Source of the DNA: an uncultured Gemmatimonadales bacterium
Lineage (GTDB): Bacteria; Gemmatimonadota; Gemmatimonadetes; Gemmatimonadales; GWC2-71-9
Direction: 5' to 3'
NCBI GenBank assembly: GCA_963828735.1
Contig: CAWHFW010000005.1
Coordinates: forward strand, 2,080,001-2,144,000
Length of the DNA stretch: 64,000 bases
Shown: one piece after another, positions 19,226-28,509 of the stretch
Layout of the letters: each line of letters begins with the position of its first letter
Numbering within the stretch: position 1 is the stretch's first letter
Program-made: the position numbers and the translations under genes
Notes under the pieces: generated by a model
Told to the model about the DNA's origin: nothing
The model's input: the letters and a program-made list of their open reading frames with translations, nothing else
Database searches by the model: none

Positions 19226-19705
19226 TCAGGCGCCGTCCGCCAGGATCGTGTTGACGAGCCGAACCAGCTGGTTCACTTCCGTGCGGCTCAGCATGCCGAG
19301 GGCCCGGCGGTCCCACCGGTCGACGGGCTGGTCCAGCACCGCCAGCAGCTCGAGGCCGGCCGCGCTGATCCGGCACCAGACCCGCCGACGATCCTCGCCA
19401 TCGCGCTCCCGGCGAACCAGCCGCTTGGCCTCCAGCCGGTCCAGCAGCCGGGTGATCCCCGGAGCCTGCTGGATCATCCGCTCGGCGATCTCTAGGGTGG
19501 GAAGACCTTTGACGCCTGCGCCCCGGAGAATGCGGAGCACGTTGTACTGCTGCGGCGTGATCCCGTGCGGCTCCAGCAGCGGCGCCACCGACCGCTGAAT
19601 CCGATCCGCCGCTACCAGCATGCCCACCACCCCTTCCTGGGCGGGAGAAGGGAACGGGTGGCTCTGCTTGATGGCGCGTTGCACGTGACTGGTCCGTCTG
19701 GTCAT
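19226..19705 (-). CDS. MarR family transcriptional regulator
   Basis: GITPQQYNVLRILRGA, ITRLLDRLEAKRLVRR..DRR. Confidence 0.92.
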   Translation of the reverse strand: MTRRTSHVQRAIKQSHPFPSPAQEGVVGMLVAADRIQRSVAPLLEPHGITPQQYNVLRILRGAGVKGLPTLEIAERMIQQAPGITRLLDRLEAKRLVRRERDGEDRRRVWCRISAAGLELLAVLDQPVDRWDRRALGMLSRTEVNQLVRLVNTILADGA

Positions 19706-19729
19706 GGCGCCGAAGCTATCCCACATTGG

Positions 19730-19741
19730 TTGATTAGTCAA
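19730..19741. promoter_or_regulatory. Putative MarR operator upstream of marR
   Basis: TTGATTAGTCAA imperfect palindrome matching 19194-19205. Confidence 0.55.
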
Positions 19742-20078
19742 GTATTTTGGCTCTCGCACGACTCTCGGCCCGGTATCGCCCTGGCGGCCGGCCCCTGAGC
19801 CGCGAGAACGCCCGCGAGAACGCGAACTCCGACTGATAGCCCACGCGGTGCGCGATGGTCCCCACCGCATCGTCCGTCTCGCGCAGATTCCTGGCCGCCA
19901 GCTCCATCCGCCACCGGGTGAGATAGGCCGGTGGCGCCTCGCCCACCAGGCCGCTGAAGCGCCGCGTGAGCGTCGCCCGGGAGAGGTTCGCGTGGCCGGC
20001 CAGCAGATCGAGCGTCCACTCCGCGGCCGGGTCGGCGTGCATGACGGTCAACACCCGGGCTATGATCGGGTCCCGCAG
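19734..20078 (-). pseudogene. Orphan C-terminal HTH half of an AraC regulator
   Basis: WTLDLLA..LSRATLTRRF..YLTRWRM..VGYQSEFAFSRAF; no N-terminal domain, upstream sequence belongs to another gene. Confidence 0.75.
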
Positions 20079-20107
20079 ACGTCGAGGGCAGCTTTCGTCG
20101 ACTCGCG

Positions 20108-20647
20108 TTACCGGACGATGATCGTTCCGGACATCATCGAGCCGTGCACGGCACAGTTGTACTGGTAGGTACCGGGCGCGGAGAACTGGACCTGATACGT
20201 GCTGCCGTCGCCCGTCTTGATCGCGCTGCTCGTGAAGGTCGAGGAGCCGATGGACTGGACGCCGAGGGACTGGACAGAGTGGGGAACGCTGCCCGCATTC
20301 GCCCAGGTCCACGTGACCGTGCCACCCACCGCGACAGTGTCGATGGCCGGGTTGGCCGACTGGTTGTGCCCACTCCTGAAGAAGATGTTGCCCACGGTGA
20401 TTGCCGCCGTGAGCGGAATCGTGCTGCCGCCGGTGCTGCCGCCGGTGCTGCCGCCGGTGCTGCCGCCGGTGCTGCCGCCGGTGCCGCCGCCGGTGCCGCC
20501 GCCGGTGCCGCCGCCGGTGCCGCCGCCGGTGTTACCGCCATTGTAGCCACCACCCGATCCGTTTCCGGAAGACGGGCTGGTGGGGGAATAACTAGAGCAC
20601 CCGACAAGCACGGCCAGGATAGCGGCCGTCAACAGTCGCCCGATCAT
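20108..20647 (-). CDS. Cupredoxin (plastocyanin/azurin-like) lipoprotein with Gly/Thr linker
   Basis: Lipobox LVGC; PHSV and YNCAVHGSMM type-1 copper ligands. Confidence 0.82.
   Translation of the reverse strand: MIGRLLTAAILAVLVGCSSYSPTSPSSGNGSGGGYNGGNTGGGTGGGTGGGTGGGTGGSTGGSTGGSTGGSTGGSTIPLTAAITVGNIFFRSGHNQSANPAIDTVAVGGTVTWTWANAGSVPHSVQSLGVQSIGSSTFTSSAIKTGDGSTYQVQFSAPGTYQYNCAVHGSMMSGTIIVR
20421..20528. repeat. 12-bp tandem repeat x9 encoding (TGGG)4(TGGS)5
   Basis: 5 x GTGCTGCCGCCG then 4 x GTGCCGCCGCCG. Confidence 0.95.
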
Positions 20648-20891
20648 CTGATCCCCCCTCGTTTGAGCGCGATTCATGTACCTCTCGATGAAGGGGTGAA
20701 TATTGGAGCGCGACTGGCGATCAACTATCCGGCGTGCGGCCTGACTTCGATCCCACGATCGTTGGTCGGAGAGCATGCGGAGGAGGGGAAGGGGGCCTGC
20801 CAGAGGTCAGGGGTACAGCAACCGTGCGGGGCGACGGCAGCCACCCGCTTGCCCCCATTCACTGGTCGACTCGGCGGGCAAGCGCTTCGTC

Positions 20892-21542
20892 TCACTCCCG
20901 CGCCGAGGCCCGGTAGGCCTCGGCCTTGGCGCGGTTGCCGCAGACCGCCATGCTGCACCAGCGGCGCTGGTGCCCGCGGCTCACGTCGAGAAACCACACC
21001 GTGCATCGCTCGCAGCGTCGCACGTAGCGGAAGTCGGCCTGACACACGAGGTCGGCCATGGCATGCGCGATCGGCTGGAGCAACGCTTCCGGACCTCTCC
21101 ACCGCCGCTCCCAGTGCCACCGCAGCGCCGGATCGGCGGACGCCTCCGCTTCCGCGCCGGTCGCGACGCCGATCCGGGGGTAGGACGAGTCGTCGGCCAG
21201 CAGGCGATTCAGCGGCTCGAGCGCCCGCACCGCGCTCCTCGTGAGGGGCCGGCCCGCACGTCGCTGGACGAACCCGCGAAACCACTCCCGCAGCTCCCGA
21301 GCCCGCCCGGCAACGACGTCGAGCCGGGCGCCCGCCGCGCCGCGCCACGGCTGCGCGACCTCCGCCGGGACCAGCTGAGCCGTCACCAGCCAGCCCACCA
21401 GGTCCTCGCCGGTCCCCACCCACTCGACGACCTCGCCCGCCGGCGCGGCCAGCGTGTTCAGGAAGTCGAGCGCGCGGTGCTCGCCGAGGAAGAGGGGTGG
21501 CGAGGTCGCCCTGGGGACTGACGTCGCGGGAGCCGTCTGCAT
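20892..21542 (-). CDS. CGNR zinc-finger (ABATE) domain regulator
   Basis: ALDFLNT, CERC..FLDVSRGHQRRWCSMAVCGNRAK. Confidence 0.92.
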   Translation of the reverse strand: MQTAPATSVPRATSPPLFLGEHRALDFLNTLAAPAGEVVEWVGTGEDLVGWLVTAQLVPAEVAQPWRGAAGARLDVVAGRARELREWFRGFVQRRAGRPLTRSAVRALEPLNRLLADDSSYPRIGVATGAEAEASADPALRWHWERRWRGPEALLQPIAHAMADLVCQADFRYVRRCERCTVWFLDVSRGHQRRWCSMAVCGNRAKAEAYRASARE

Positions 21543-21595
21543 GCCGAGTGCCCCTCCTGGCCTCCTGGCCTCTGAAATCCCTTGATCGGGAACCA

Positions 21596-21644
21596 TAACC
21601 TGAATAATAGCATTTAAGAGGTTACTAGGTCCAACCAACTGGTT
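21596..21644. promoter_or_regulatory. Putative operator in the divergent CGNR/hydrolase promoter
   Basis: TAACCT-N17-AGGTTA (21596-21624) and AACCA-AC-TGGTT (21633-21644) in an AT-rich gap. Confidence 0.5.
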
Positions 21645-21670
21645 ATCTCGAGCACAAGGAGGATGGGTTC

Positions 21671-22559
21671 ATGACCACGTATCGCCAGGCTACGGTCGAC
21701 GGGCACACGATCTTCTACCGCGAGGCGGGACGCCCGGATGCGCCCGCGGTGCTGCTGCTCCACGGCTTTCCTACCTCTTCGCACATGTTCCGCGACCTGA
21801 TCCCGCTGCTGGCGGAGCGCTTCCGCGTCGTCGCGCCGGACCTGCCCGGCTTCGGCTTCAGTGACAGCGCCCGATCGGGCGGACTTCCCGTACACCTTCG
21901 ACCGGCTCGCCGAGGTCATCGACCGGTTTACCGGCGTCGTCGGACTCGAGCGCTTCGCCGTCTACGTGTTCGACTACGGCGCCCCCATCGGCTTCCGCCT
22001 GGCGCTGGCGCATCCCGAGCGCATCACCGCCGTCATCTCCCAGAATGGGAACGCCTATGAAGAGGGGCTGAGCGAGGGGTGGAACCCGATCCAGGCCTAC
22101 TGGCGCGAGCCGACCGAGGCGCGGCGCGCGGCGCTGCGCGAGTTCCTGGCGCCCGAGGCCACGAAGGGGCAGTACACCTACGGTGTCGCCGATCCGAGTC
22201 TCATCGCGCCCGAGAGCTACACGCTCGATAGCGCCCTGCTCGCCCGTCCCGGGAACGCCGAGATCCAGCTCGACCTCTTCCTGGACTACGCGAGCAACGT
22301 GGCGCTCTATCCCCAGTTCCAGGCATACCTGCGCACGCACCGTCCTCCGGTCCTGGCGGTCTGGGGTAGGAACGACCCGTTCTTCCTGCCGGCCGGTGCC
22401 GAGGCCTTCCGGCGCGATGTGCCCGAGGCCGAGATCCGCTTCCTCGACACGGGTCACTTCGCGCTCGAGACGCACGCGGCCGAGATCGCGGCGGGGATCG
22501 TGGAGTTCCTCTCGCGGGTGTCGGCGCCGGTGTCGGTCAAGGAGACGGCTGTCGCGTAA
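21671..22559 (+). CDS. Alpha/beta hydrolase, frameshifted near 21866
   Basis: [24 protein letters not shown], then shifted frame [22 protein letters not shown]. Confidence 0.85.
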
Positions 22560-22760
22560 TCAGGGTGGCGGCGGGCTCGAGTGTCCAGGAAGCCCGCCGT
22601 CGCTCACCGCTGGCGCCACCGCGATCGAGTTCGCCCGGCAGGCGGTGGTCGGCGGCGGCGCCTTCGCGATCCGAGGGGTGGCGCGTACCCGCAGAGGATC
22701 GATGGCCACGATCGTCCTGTGCTCCGCACGGCTGGCGGCCCGCCCATTCGGGGCGCAACC

Positions 22761-22919
22761 TCAGCGGGGGCGAGGCTGCTTGGGAGGTGAGGTCCAAGAG
22801 GCATCGACATCATCGAGCGCCGCGGCGCCGCGGGCACTCAGTCGCCGCAGGATTTCCCGTTGCGCGAAGAGAATCTGCTCTTCGGGCGTCCTGGCCGGGC
22901 AATCGGTCCACGTCAGCAT
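22761..22919 (-). CDS. Possible 52-aa small protein
   Basis: ATG with GAGAGG just after the YceI stop; no recognised motif. Confidence 0.3.
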   Translation of the reverse strand: MLTWTDCPARTPEEQILFAQREILRRLSARGAAALDDVDASWTSPPKQPRPR

Positions 22920-22932
22920 GGGCGCACCTCTC

Positions 22933-23724
22933 TCACCGCAAGGCGTCGGAGAGGTCGGCGTCGCGGCACCTGGGCGTGCAGGCGGCATGGGCCTGGAGCT
23001 CCACGGCGCGGACGGCGACCGCCCTGATGTCGAACGTCACCCGATCCGCCACCTTCACCGCTCCGCCGGGGCCACCGCTGAACGGTTTGATCCCGAAGTC
23101 CGTCTGCTTGACCGAGAAGGTCGCCGCGGCCTCCAGCGTATCGACGCCGATCCGCGCGGTGACATCGATCGGCAGCTCCCGCGTCTGCCCCACCAGCGTC
23201 AACGCACCGATGATGTGGAACCCGTCGGCGCTCGGCGTCACTTTCCGGGACACGAGCCTGATCTCGGGGTACTCCGCCGTCCGAAGCACCTCGGTGCGCA
23301 TCGTCGCGGTAACCTTGCGGATCTCCGCCGTGTCCGGCGGCGTGAGGACCTCGAGGCTATCGGTCAGGACCGTGATGTCCAGGTGAGAGCTCGAGGGATG
23401 CCCGGGGTAGTACACGATCTTCCCCTGGAACCCCCTCGCCTGGACCACGTGCGTGTGGCCAGCGAAGCCGAACAGGCCCGCCTTGCCTGTCTTCACTTGG
23501 AGGCGGCTGCTCGAAGCCAGCCGATAGACCACGGAGTCAGCGGTCTTGAGACGCTCGTCGACTCCTCCGGACAGCTGGCGCCCGGAGTCGGAGATTTCGG
23601 GACCCGAGGTGGCCGGCGAGTCACCCCGCCGGGGCCCGTAGCTATCGGGCAGTTGTGCCTGCGCCTTCTCGCCGAACAGCCAGAGAAAGAGGGCGATGAC
23701 TAGGGTCGGTGGCATCGTTTGCAT
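22933..23724 (-). CDS. YceI family secreted protein
   Basis: GLFGFAGHTH, VLRTAEYPEI, GALTLVGQTR, KQTDFGIKP. Confidence 0.82.
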   Translation of the reverse strand: MQTMPPTLVIALFLWLFGEKAQAQLPDSYGPRRGDSPATSGPEISDSGRQLSGGVDERLKTADSVVYRLASSSRLQVKTGKAGLFGFAGHTHVVQARGFQGKIVYYPGHPSSSHLDITVLTDSLEVLTPPDTAEIRKVTATMRTEVLRTAEYPEIRLVSRKVTPSADGFHIIGALTLVGQTRELPIDVTARIGVDTLEAAATFSVKQTDFGIKPFSGGPGGAVKVADRVTFDIRAVAVRAVELQAHAACTPRCRDADLSDALR

Positions 23725-23733
23725 CCTTTTCGG

Positions 23734-24591
23734 TTATTGACCGAACGCGCGACGGATGACGAGCCGACCCGTCGCCGCGTCCGCCGCGTCCGCATAGACC
23801 TCGCCGGTGATGGCGAGGCGATCAGTGAGTTGCCACGCCGCGCCCCCGAAGAGGGCGACGCGATTGAGATTCACGGCCACCTTCGTCGCGTCGTTGTCGC
23901 CGAACTGGTTGGTGAAGTTCACCTGGAAGCGGGGTGCCAGCCGACTGTATCCCGACCCCACATACGGGCGCAGCCTGCCGCCCGCCATCGCCCAGCCGAC
24001 GCTGAGGTCGAGCCCCACGATGTTGGGCGAATAGCGGTCGTCCGAGACAGTCCCCTGGAAGCACTCGCTGCTCGGATCGGCGATGGCGCTCCGGTCACAG
24101 GTCACCGGCCCGCGAACCGATCCGAAAGTCGCGTGCGCGCGAATGGCCGCGGCGAGACCATCAGCCAGTCCGAAGCTCTTCCCCAGTGCCAGCCCGATCA
24201 GGTTGGCCTTCACTCCGTTCACCCGGATCGGCGGGATCCACGACACCTCCATCGCCAGCCCGAGCGGCAGCGGAAGGCCGATGCGAGGCCGCGCCAGGGC
24301 GGGGAGCAGGTCGGTGTTCTCCGGCCCCTTGCCTGGGCGACAAATGGTCGGCGTCGCCGTCGCGGGGTTCACCGACGACACGTTGGCCGCCTCGAGCCCG
24401 ATCGTGACCCGGTTCGGGCTCCCCGGAGCCGCCACCGGGCTGAATGCCAACGGGACCGAGAAGATGGCCAGCGTCTTCGCCTCGTTGGATTTCGGTCCCG
24501 GCCGGCAGTCGTATTGCGCGGCGAGTGGGGCAGGGAGCGCGTACAGCGCGCATGCCACACCGGCGAGTCGCACCCACCCGTACCCGGTCAT
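23734..24591 (-). CDS. Secreted hypothetical protein, possibly outer-membrane beta-barrel
   Basis: Signal peptide (..PLAAQ), alternating beta-strand patterns, LRPYVGSGY. Confidence 0.65.
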   Translation of the reverse strand: MTGYGWVRLAGVACALYALPAPLAAQYDCRPGPKSNEAKTLAIFSVPLAFSPVAAPGSPNRVTIGLEAANVSSVNPATATPTICRPGKGPENTDLLPALARPRIGLPLPLGLAMEVSWIPPIRVNGVKANLIGLALGKSFGLADGLAAAIRAHATFGSVRGPVTCDRSAIADPSSECFQGTVSDDRYSPNIVGLDLSVGWAMAGGRLRPYVGSGYSRLAPRFQVNFTNQFGDNDATKVAVNLNRVALFGGAAWQLTDRLAITGEVYADAADAATGRLVIRRAFGQ

Positions 24592-24683
24592 TGGGCCGTG
24601 ACCACGACCACGCCCGTCATCAGGTCGTCGTCGAGCAGCGCCGTAAGCAGGACTTCGTGCACCAGCCGTCTCGTACCGCGCAT
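24588..24683 (-). CDS. Possible 31-aa upstream peptide
   Basis: MRGTRRLVHEVLLTALLDDDLMTGVVVVTAQ; ATGA overlap with the next gene. Confidence 0.3.
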   Translation of the reverse strand: MRGTRRLVHEVLLTALLDDDLMTGVVVVTAQ

Positions 24684-24884
24684 ATCGAGCCCCTGAACAA
24701 GTCTTCGCGTGTGCCTTCCCCGACCGTGCCGACAATCTTGCGGTCGGCGCCTCCCGCAACCATTCCCGGCAGAGGGAGTCTCCCTCCTCCCGATTCGGGG
24801 ACTGCAACCCGGGCGAAAGTGTGGGTGCGGGATACCCCCTTCGGCAGGGATCTCCCGTTGCGGCCCCACGTCGCGGGCCCTACC

Positions 24885-25305
24885 ATGGCATCCATCGAGT
24901 GCAGCCCTCGGGTGGTGGACGCCCGCGCGCTTCGAAACGACCTGCGGCTGGCCATCGACACGATCCCGACGATCGTGTCGTCCACCAGCCTGACGGGACG
25001 GTGGACTGCATGAACCGCGCGTGGCGGGGTTTCACCGGCTTCTCGGCGGAGGATGCGGTTCGCGGGCAGTGGGTGGAGTCGCTCCATTCCGATGAGGCGG
25101 ACTGGGTGCAACCGTCACGCAACGCGGCGATCGCGGCGGGGAGAGCGTACAGCTGGACGCGCGGCTCCGCCGGTCGGATGGCACCTACCGGTGGGTCCTG
25201 CGCCGGGCGGTGCCGCTCCCGAAGGAGCGGGGCGACGTCGTGAAGTGGTACGGACGGGACCGACATCGACGATCTCAAGCGCGCCGAGGCGGCGCTGCGA
25301 GAGCG
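24885..25305 (+). pseudogene. Decayed PAS/PAC domain fragment of a sensor protein
   Basis: IDTIP, PDGTVDCMN..W..FTG, DGTYRW, VVKWYG, DIDDLKRAE spread over several frames. Confidence 0.65.
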
Positions 25306-25384
25306 AAGGAGGGAGCGAGTTACACGAAGGCGGAGCTAGCTCCCGCGTCCGGCCGCCGGCTCAACTCCAGGAGGGAAGCCTGCC

Positions 25385-26041
25385 GTGCCCGAGACTCCCG
25401 CCAGCGATCGTCTCGTCGCGCTGAGCCCCGCCCGCGTGGCCGCGCTCTGCGACGGCGTCTTCGCCATCGCGATGACCATCCTCGTCCTCAACATCACGGT
25501 CCCTACGCCCGCGAAGGTGCCCGCGGCCGAGCTGCCGGCCGCGTTGCGTCACCTCACGCCGCAGGTGCTGGCGTACGTCATCAGCTTCATCAACCTGGGT
25601 GTCCTCTGGGTCGGCCAGCACAACCAGTATCACTTCATCACCCGCGCCGACCGGTGGTTCCTCTGGATCAACATCGGCTATCTGCTGCTGATCTCGTGCA
25701 TTCCCCTGTCCACCGCCCTCGTCGGGTACTATCCGCTGGAGCGGCTCGCGCTGGCGGTCTACGGCGCCAACCTGCTCGTCGCGACGCTCGTGCTCGCGCT
25801 GCACTGGCAGTATGCGATCGCGGGCCGGCGACTGGTGGGCCCTCACCTCTCGCCGGTCGTCGTCCGGCTCGCGCATCGGCGCATGCTCGGCTCCTCAGGG
25901 GCGTACGCCGCGGCGCTGGTGCTCTCGCTCCTGGTCCCGGTGGCGGGGCTGGCGCTGTACCTGGTCGTGCCGCTCGTCAACGTGCTCCCGTTCGGGGTGG
26001 ATCGTCACCTGCATCAGGGCCCTGGAGGACGCGAGCCGTAA
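25385..26041 (+). CDS. TMEM175 family (DUF1211) channel protein
   Basis: RVAALCDGVFAIAMTILVL, YVISF..WVGQH, six hydrophobic segments. Confidence 0.85.
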   Translation: MPETPASDRLVALSPARVAALCDGVFAIAMTILVLNITVPTPAKVPAAELPAALRHLTPQVLAYVISFINLGVLWVGQHNQYHFITRADRWFLWINIGYLLLISCIPLSTALVGYYPLERLALAVYGANLLVATLVLALHWQYAIAGRRLVGPHLSPVVVRLAHRRMLGSSGAYAAALVLSLLVPVAGLALYLVVPLVNVLPFGVDRHLHQGPGGREP

Positions 26042-26116
26042 GCCTGACGCGCCGGCATCTGCCGCACATCCACCGCTGCATGCCCCGAGCTCGGCTCGGC
26101 CACCATTCGGGAGCGC

Positions 26117-27046
26117 TCAGCTCCTCGTGCACCGCCGGCTCGGCGCCCTCGCCAGCGTGGCCGCGACGTCGCGCATCGCCTCCTGGTTGTCCGGCCGCGC
26201 CATGGCCTCGTCGTCGTACTTCCACATCAGCATGGCGCAGCCCGCCGGCCCCAGCGTCTTTCCCCAGTCCCGGATCTGCGTGGCCGTCATCCGGCACGTG
26301 GGCTCGCGCGTCCCGCGGCCGGCCGACGTGCCGGCCGGGCAGGCCCACCCCCCGTCGCGCGAGGCGCTCTCGCCGCCATTGAGGATGTTCATGCTGAACG
26401 CGACCCCGACCCCGTCGCGCTTCGCTTGCGCCAGCACATTGTCGCGCCACTCCGCGACGTTCCCGTTGGTCACCCGGTAGGCGTACTGGTTCAACACGTA
26501 GTCCACCACCCGGTACCGCTCATTCGCGCGCCACTGGTAGTACCCGGTCGGCCCGTGGCTCGCCCCCATCGGAAGCGTCGGGAAGTACTGCTTGGCGTAG
26601 GCCGCCATCGAGTCGAGCAGCGGCTTCGTCATGACGCCGCCCCACTTCTTGTTCTCGGGCTCGTCCAACAGCGAATTGCCGAGCACGGTCCCGTCCGCCA
26701 CGCCGGCGGCGATCGCCTCGCGGATCGGGCCGGTGTTGTACTGGTCGATCCGCCGCTCCCATTTGGTGAGATCGAACGCGCCGTCGGTGCTGTACTTGGA
26801 CTCGGCGCCACCGGTCAGGGCGAGGATCAGCGTCTGCTTCGCGGCGCGAGCGTTCGCGATCATCGGGATCACGGTCTCGGGCGACGTGAAGTTCTGGCTC
26901 GCCGTGAACGGGATCGCGGTCTCCATGGGTTGGGTGCCGTGCCAGAGCCCGAAGGGGCCGAACGGCACGCCCGGGGGGCCGGCGGACAGCAGGGCAAGCA
27001 CGCCCCAGGCGGGAAGTAGCGGGAAGACGACTGGTAGGCAGCGCAT
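26117..27046 (-). CDS. Secreted hypothetical protein, possibly glycoside-hydrolase-like TIM barrel
   Basis: Signal-like N-terminus, strong coding pattern, LLDEP motif, terminal MLMWKY. Confidence 0.65.
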   Translation of the reverse strand: MRCLPVVFPLLPAWGVLALLSAGPPGVPFGPFGLWHGTQPMETAIPFTASQNFTSPETVIPMIANARAAKQTLILALTGGAESKYSTDGAFDLTKWERRIDQYNTGPIREAIAAGVADGTVLGNSLLDEPENKKWGGVMTKPLLDSMAAYAKQYFPTLPMGASHGPTGYYQWRANERYRVVDYVLNQYAYRVTNGNVAEWRDNVLAQAKRDGVGVAFSMNILNGGESASRDGGWACPAGTSAGRGTREPTCRMTATQIRDWGKTLGPAGCAMLMWKYDDEAMARPDNQEAMRDVAATLARAPSRRCTRS

Positions 27047-27376
27047 GAGACGGTCTCGCGACAAGGGACAATCAAGCAATGCGGTGCGGAGGCTCATGGT
27101 CGCGGCAGCTCGGCGCTGGCGGCACGGCCACGGACGATCCGTCCCACGACCTCGACTACGACTGTGCAGACTTCCTTGGCGAGAAAACAGGTCGGTGCGG
27201 CGACCGGCACGCCTGGGGGAAGGGGCGTCGCCAACTGACCAAGCCACCACCCCCCAGCGACTTATCCGCGGTGATTCCGGGGTGATCCGCCCGTGACCGC
27301 CCCTCCCATATTCGCCCCCGTGCTCCAGGAGGTACTCGACCCAACTGCACCGGGACCACGGTCCCAGGAGATCCCG

Positions 27377-28402
27377 ATGTCCGCCTCTATCGCTCAGGTC
27401 GACGCCTTGCGACGCCTCGCCCGCGTCTACCGCCGCATCCTCGTTCTCGCTGTGCCGGCCGCCCTCGCCGGCTGCCAGGGCGCCGCCGACTCGCTCGCCC
27501 CCGATGCGACCGCCGCCGGCGACCACTCGCTCGCGACCGCCGAGTCCGCCGCTGCCGAGGCCGTGCCCTCGTCCGGTACGATCGCCGCCCTCGCCACCGA
27601 CCGGATCGTGTTCTCGTCGCTCACCGCCACTGGCTCCGACATCTGGACCATGAGCCCGGCCGGCAGCAGCGCCGCACGTCTCACCTCGTACTCCGGCACC
27701 GAGAGAGGGCCGCGCTGGTCCTGGGATCGCAAGCAGATCGCCTTCGTGCGCCAGCGCAACGGCCTGGCCGACATCTTCGTCATGAACGCCGACGGGACCA
27801 ACAAGCACTGGGCGCGCCCCGCCGCATATTCGAGCACGATCGACATGCCGTCCTGGTCGCCCGACGGCAGCCATCTGCTGGTGCGCGTCGACGTCCAGGG
27901 ACGGCTCCTCGTGGCCAAGCTCGACCTCATGACCGGCAACCTGTCGCTGTTGGCGCCCGCGGGCGCCCTGGGCGTCGACGGCTACTACCCGGTCTACGAT
28001 CCGACGGGGAAGTCGATCTTCTACGTGGACAACACCCTGAAGGTCATCAAGCGGTTCACCCCGGGCGGCGCGGTGACGACCGTCCTGTCACCCGGCATTT
28101 GGGTTGCTGACCTCGCGCCATCGCCCGATGGCAGCAAGCTCGCTTACGATGGAGGAGCGACCGGCCAGAGCAACGAGATCTTCGTGCTGAACCTCGCGAC
28201 CAAGGTGGTCAAGCGCCTGACCAACAACAGCGTCCCCGACTATACGCCGTCCTGGTCGCCTGACGGCACCAAGTTCGCCTTTGCCAGCCTCCGGTCGGGG
28301 GGCAAGCTGCAGGTGTACACCATGAACAGCTCGACCGGGGGCGGCGTCACCAAGATTACCAGCAAGACCTACGGCGCCTACGCGCCGGCCTGGACTCGAT
28401 AG
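27377..28402 (+). CDS. TolB-like PD40 beta-propeller lipoprotein
   Basis: Lipobox LAGC; repeated PxWSPDG motifs; GGAG RBS. Confidence 0.87.
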   Translation: MSASIAQVDALRRLARVYRRILVLAVPAALAGCQGAADSLAPDATAAGDHSLATAESAAAEAVPSSGTIAALATDRIVFSSLTATGSDIWTMSPAGSSAARLTSYSGTERGPRWSWDRKQIAFVRQRNGLADIFVMNADGTNKHWARPAAYSSTIDMPSWSPDGSHLLVRVDVQGRLLVAKLDLMTGNLSLLAPAGALGVDGYYPVYDPTGKSIFYVDNTLKVIKRFTPGGAVTTVLSPGIWVADLAPSPDGSKLAYDGGATGQSNEIFVLNLATKVVKRLTNNSVPDYTPSWSPDGTKFAFASLRSGGKLQVYTMNSSTGGGVTKITSKTYGAYAPAWTR

Positions 28403-28454
28403 GGTCTTCTTTCAGTCATCGCCGCGCGTCGGAGCAGTCGCGCGCAAACCGAAC

Positions 28455-28485
28455 CGCCGCCAGGAGTAACAATCTCCTGGCGGCG
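28455..28485. terminator. Hairpin between convergent genes, probable terminator
   Basis: Perfect 12-bp stem CGCCGCCAGGAG / CTCCTGGCGGCG, 7-nt loop; weak U-tract. Confidence 0.6.
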
Positions 28486-28509
28486 TTCAGCCGATTCGTC
28501 CTTCCAGAG

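Noticed and set aside
20421..20528. Tandem repeat as CRISPR, or the Pro-rich/Ala-rich ORFs in other frames
   Set aside because: No spacers; explained as the coding linker of the cupredoxin
21855..21875. Programmed frameshift or split gene in the alpha/beta hydrolase
   Set aside because: Single extra base with intact motifs on both sides and no recoding signal
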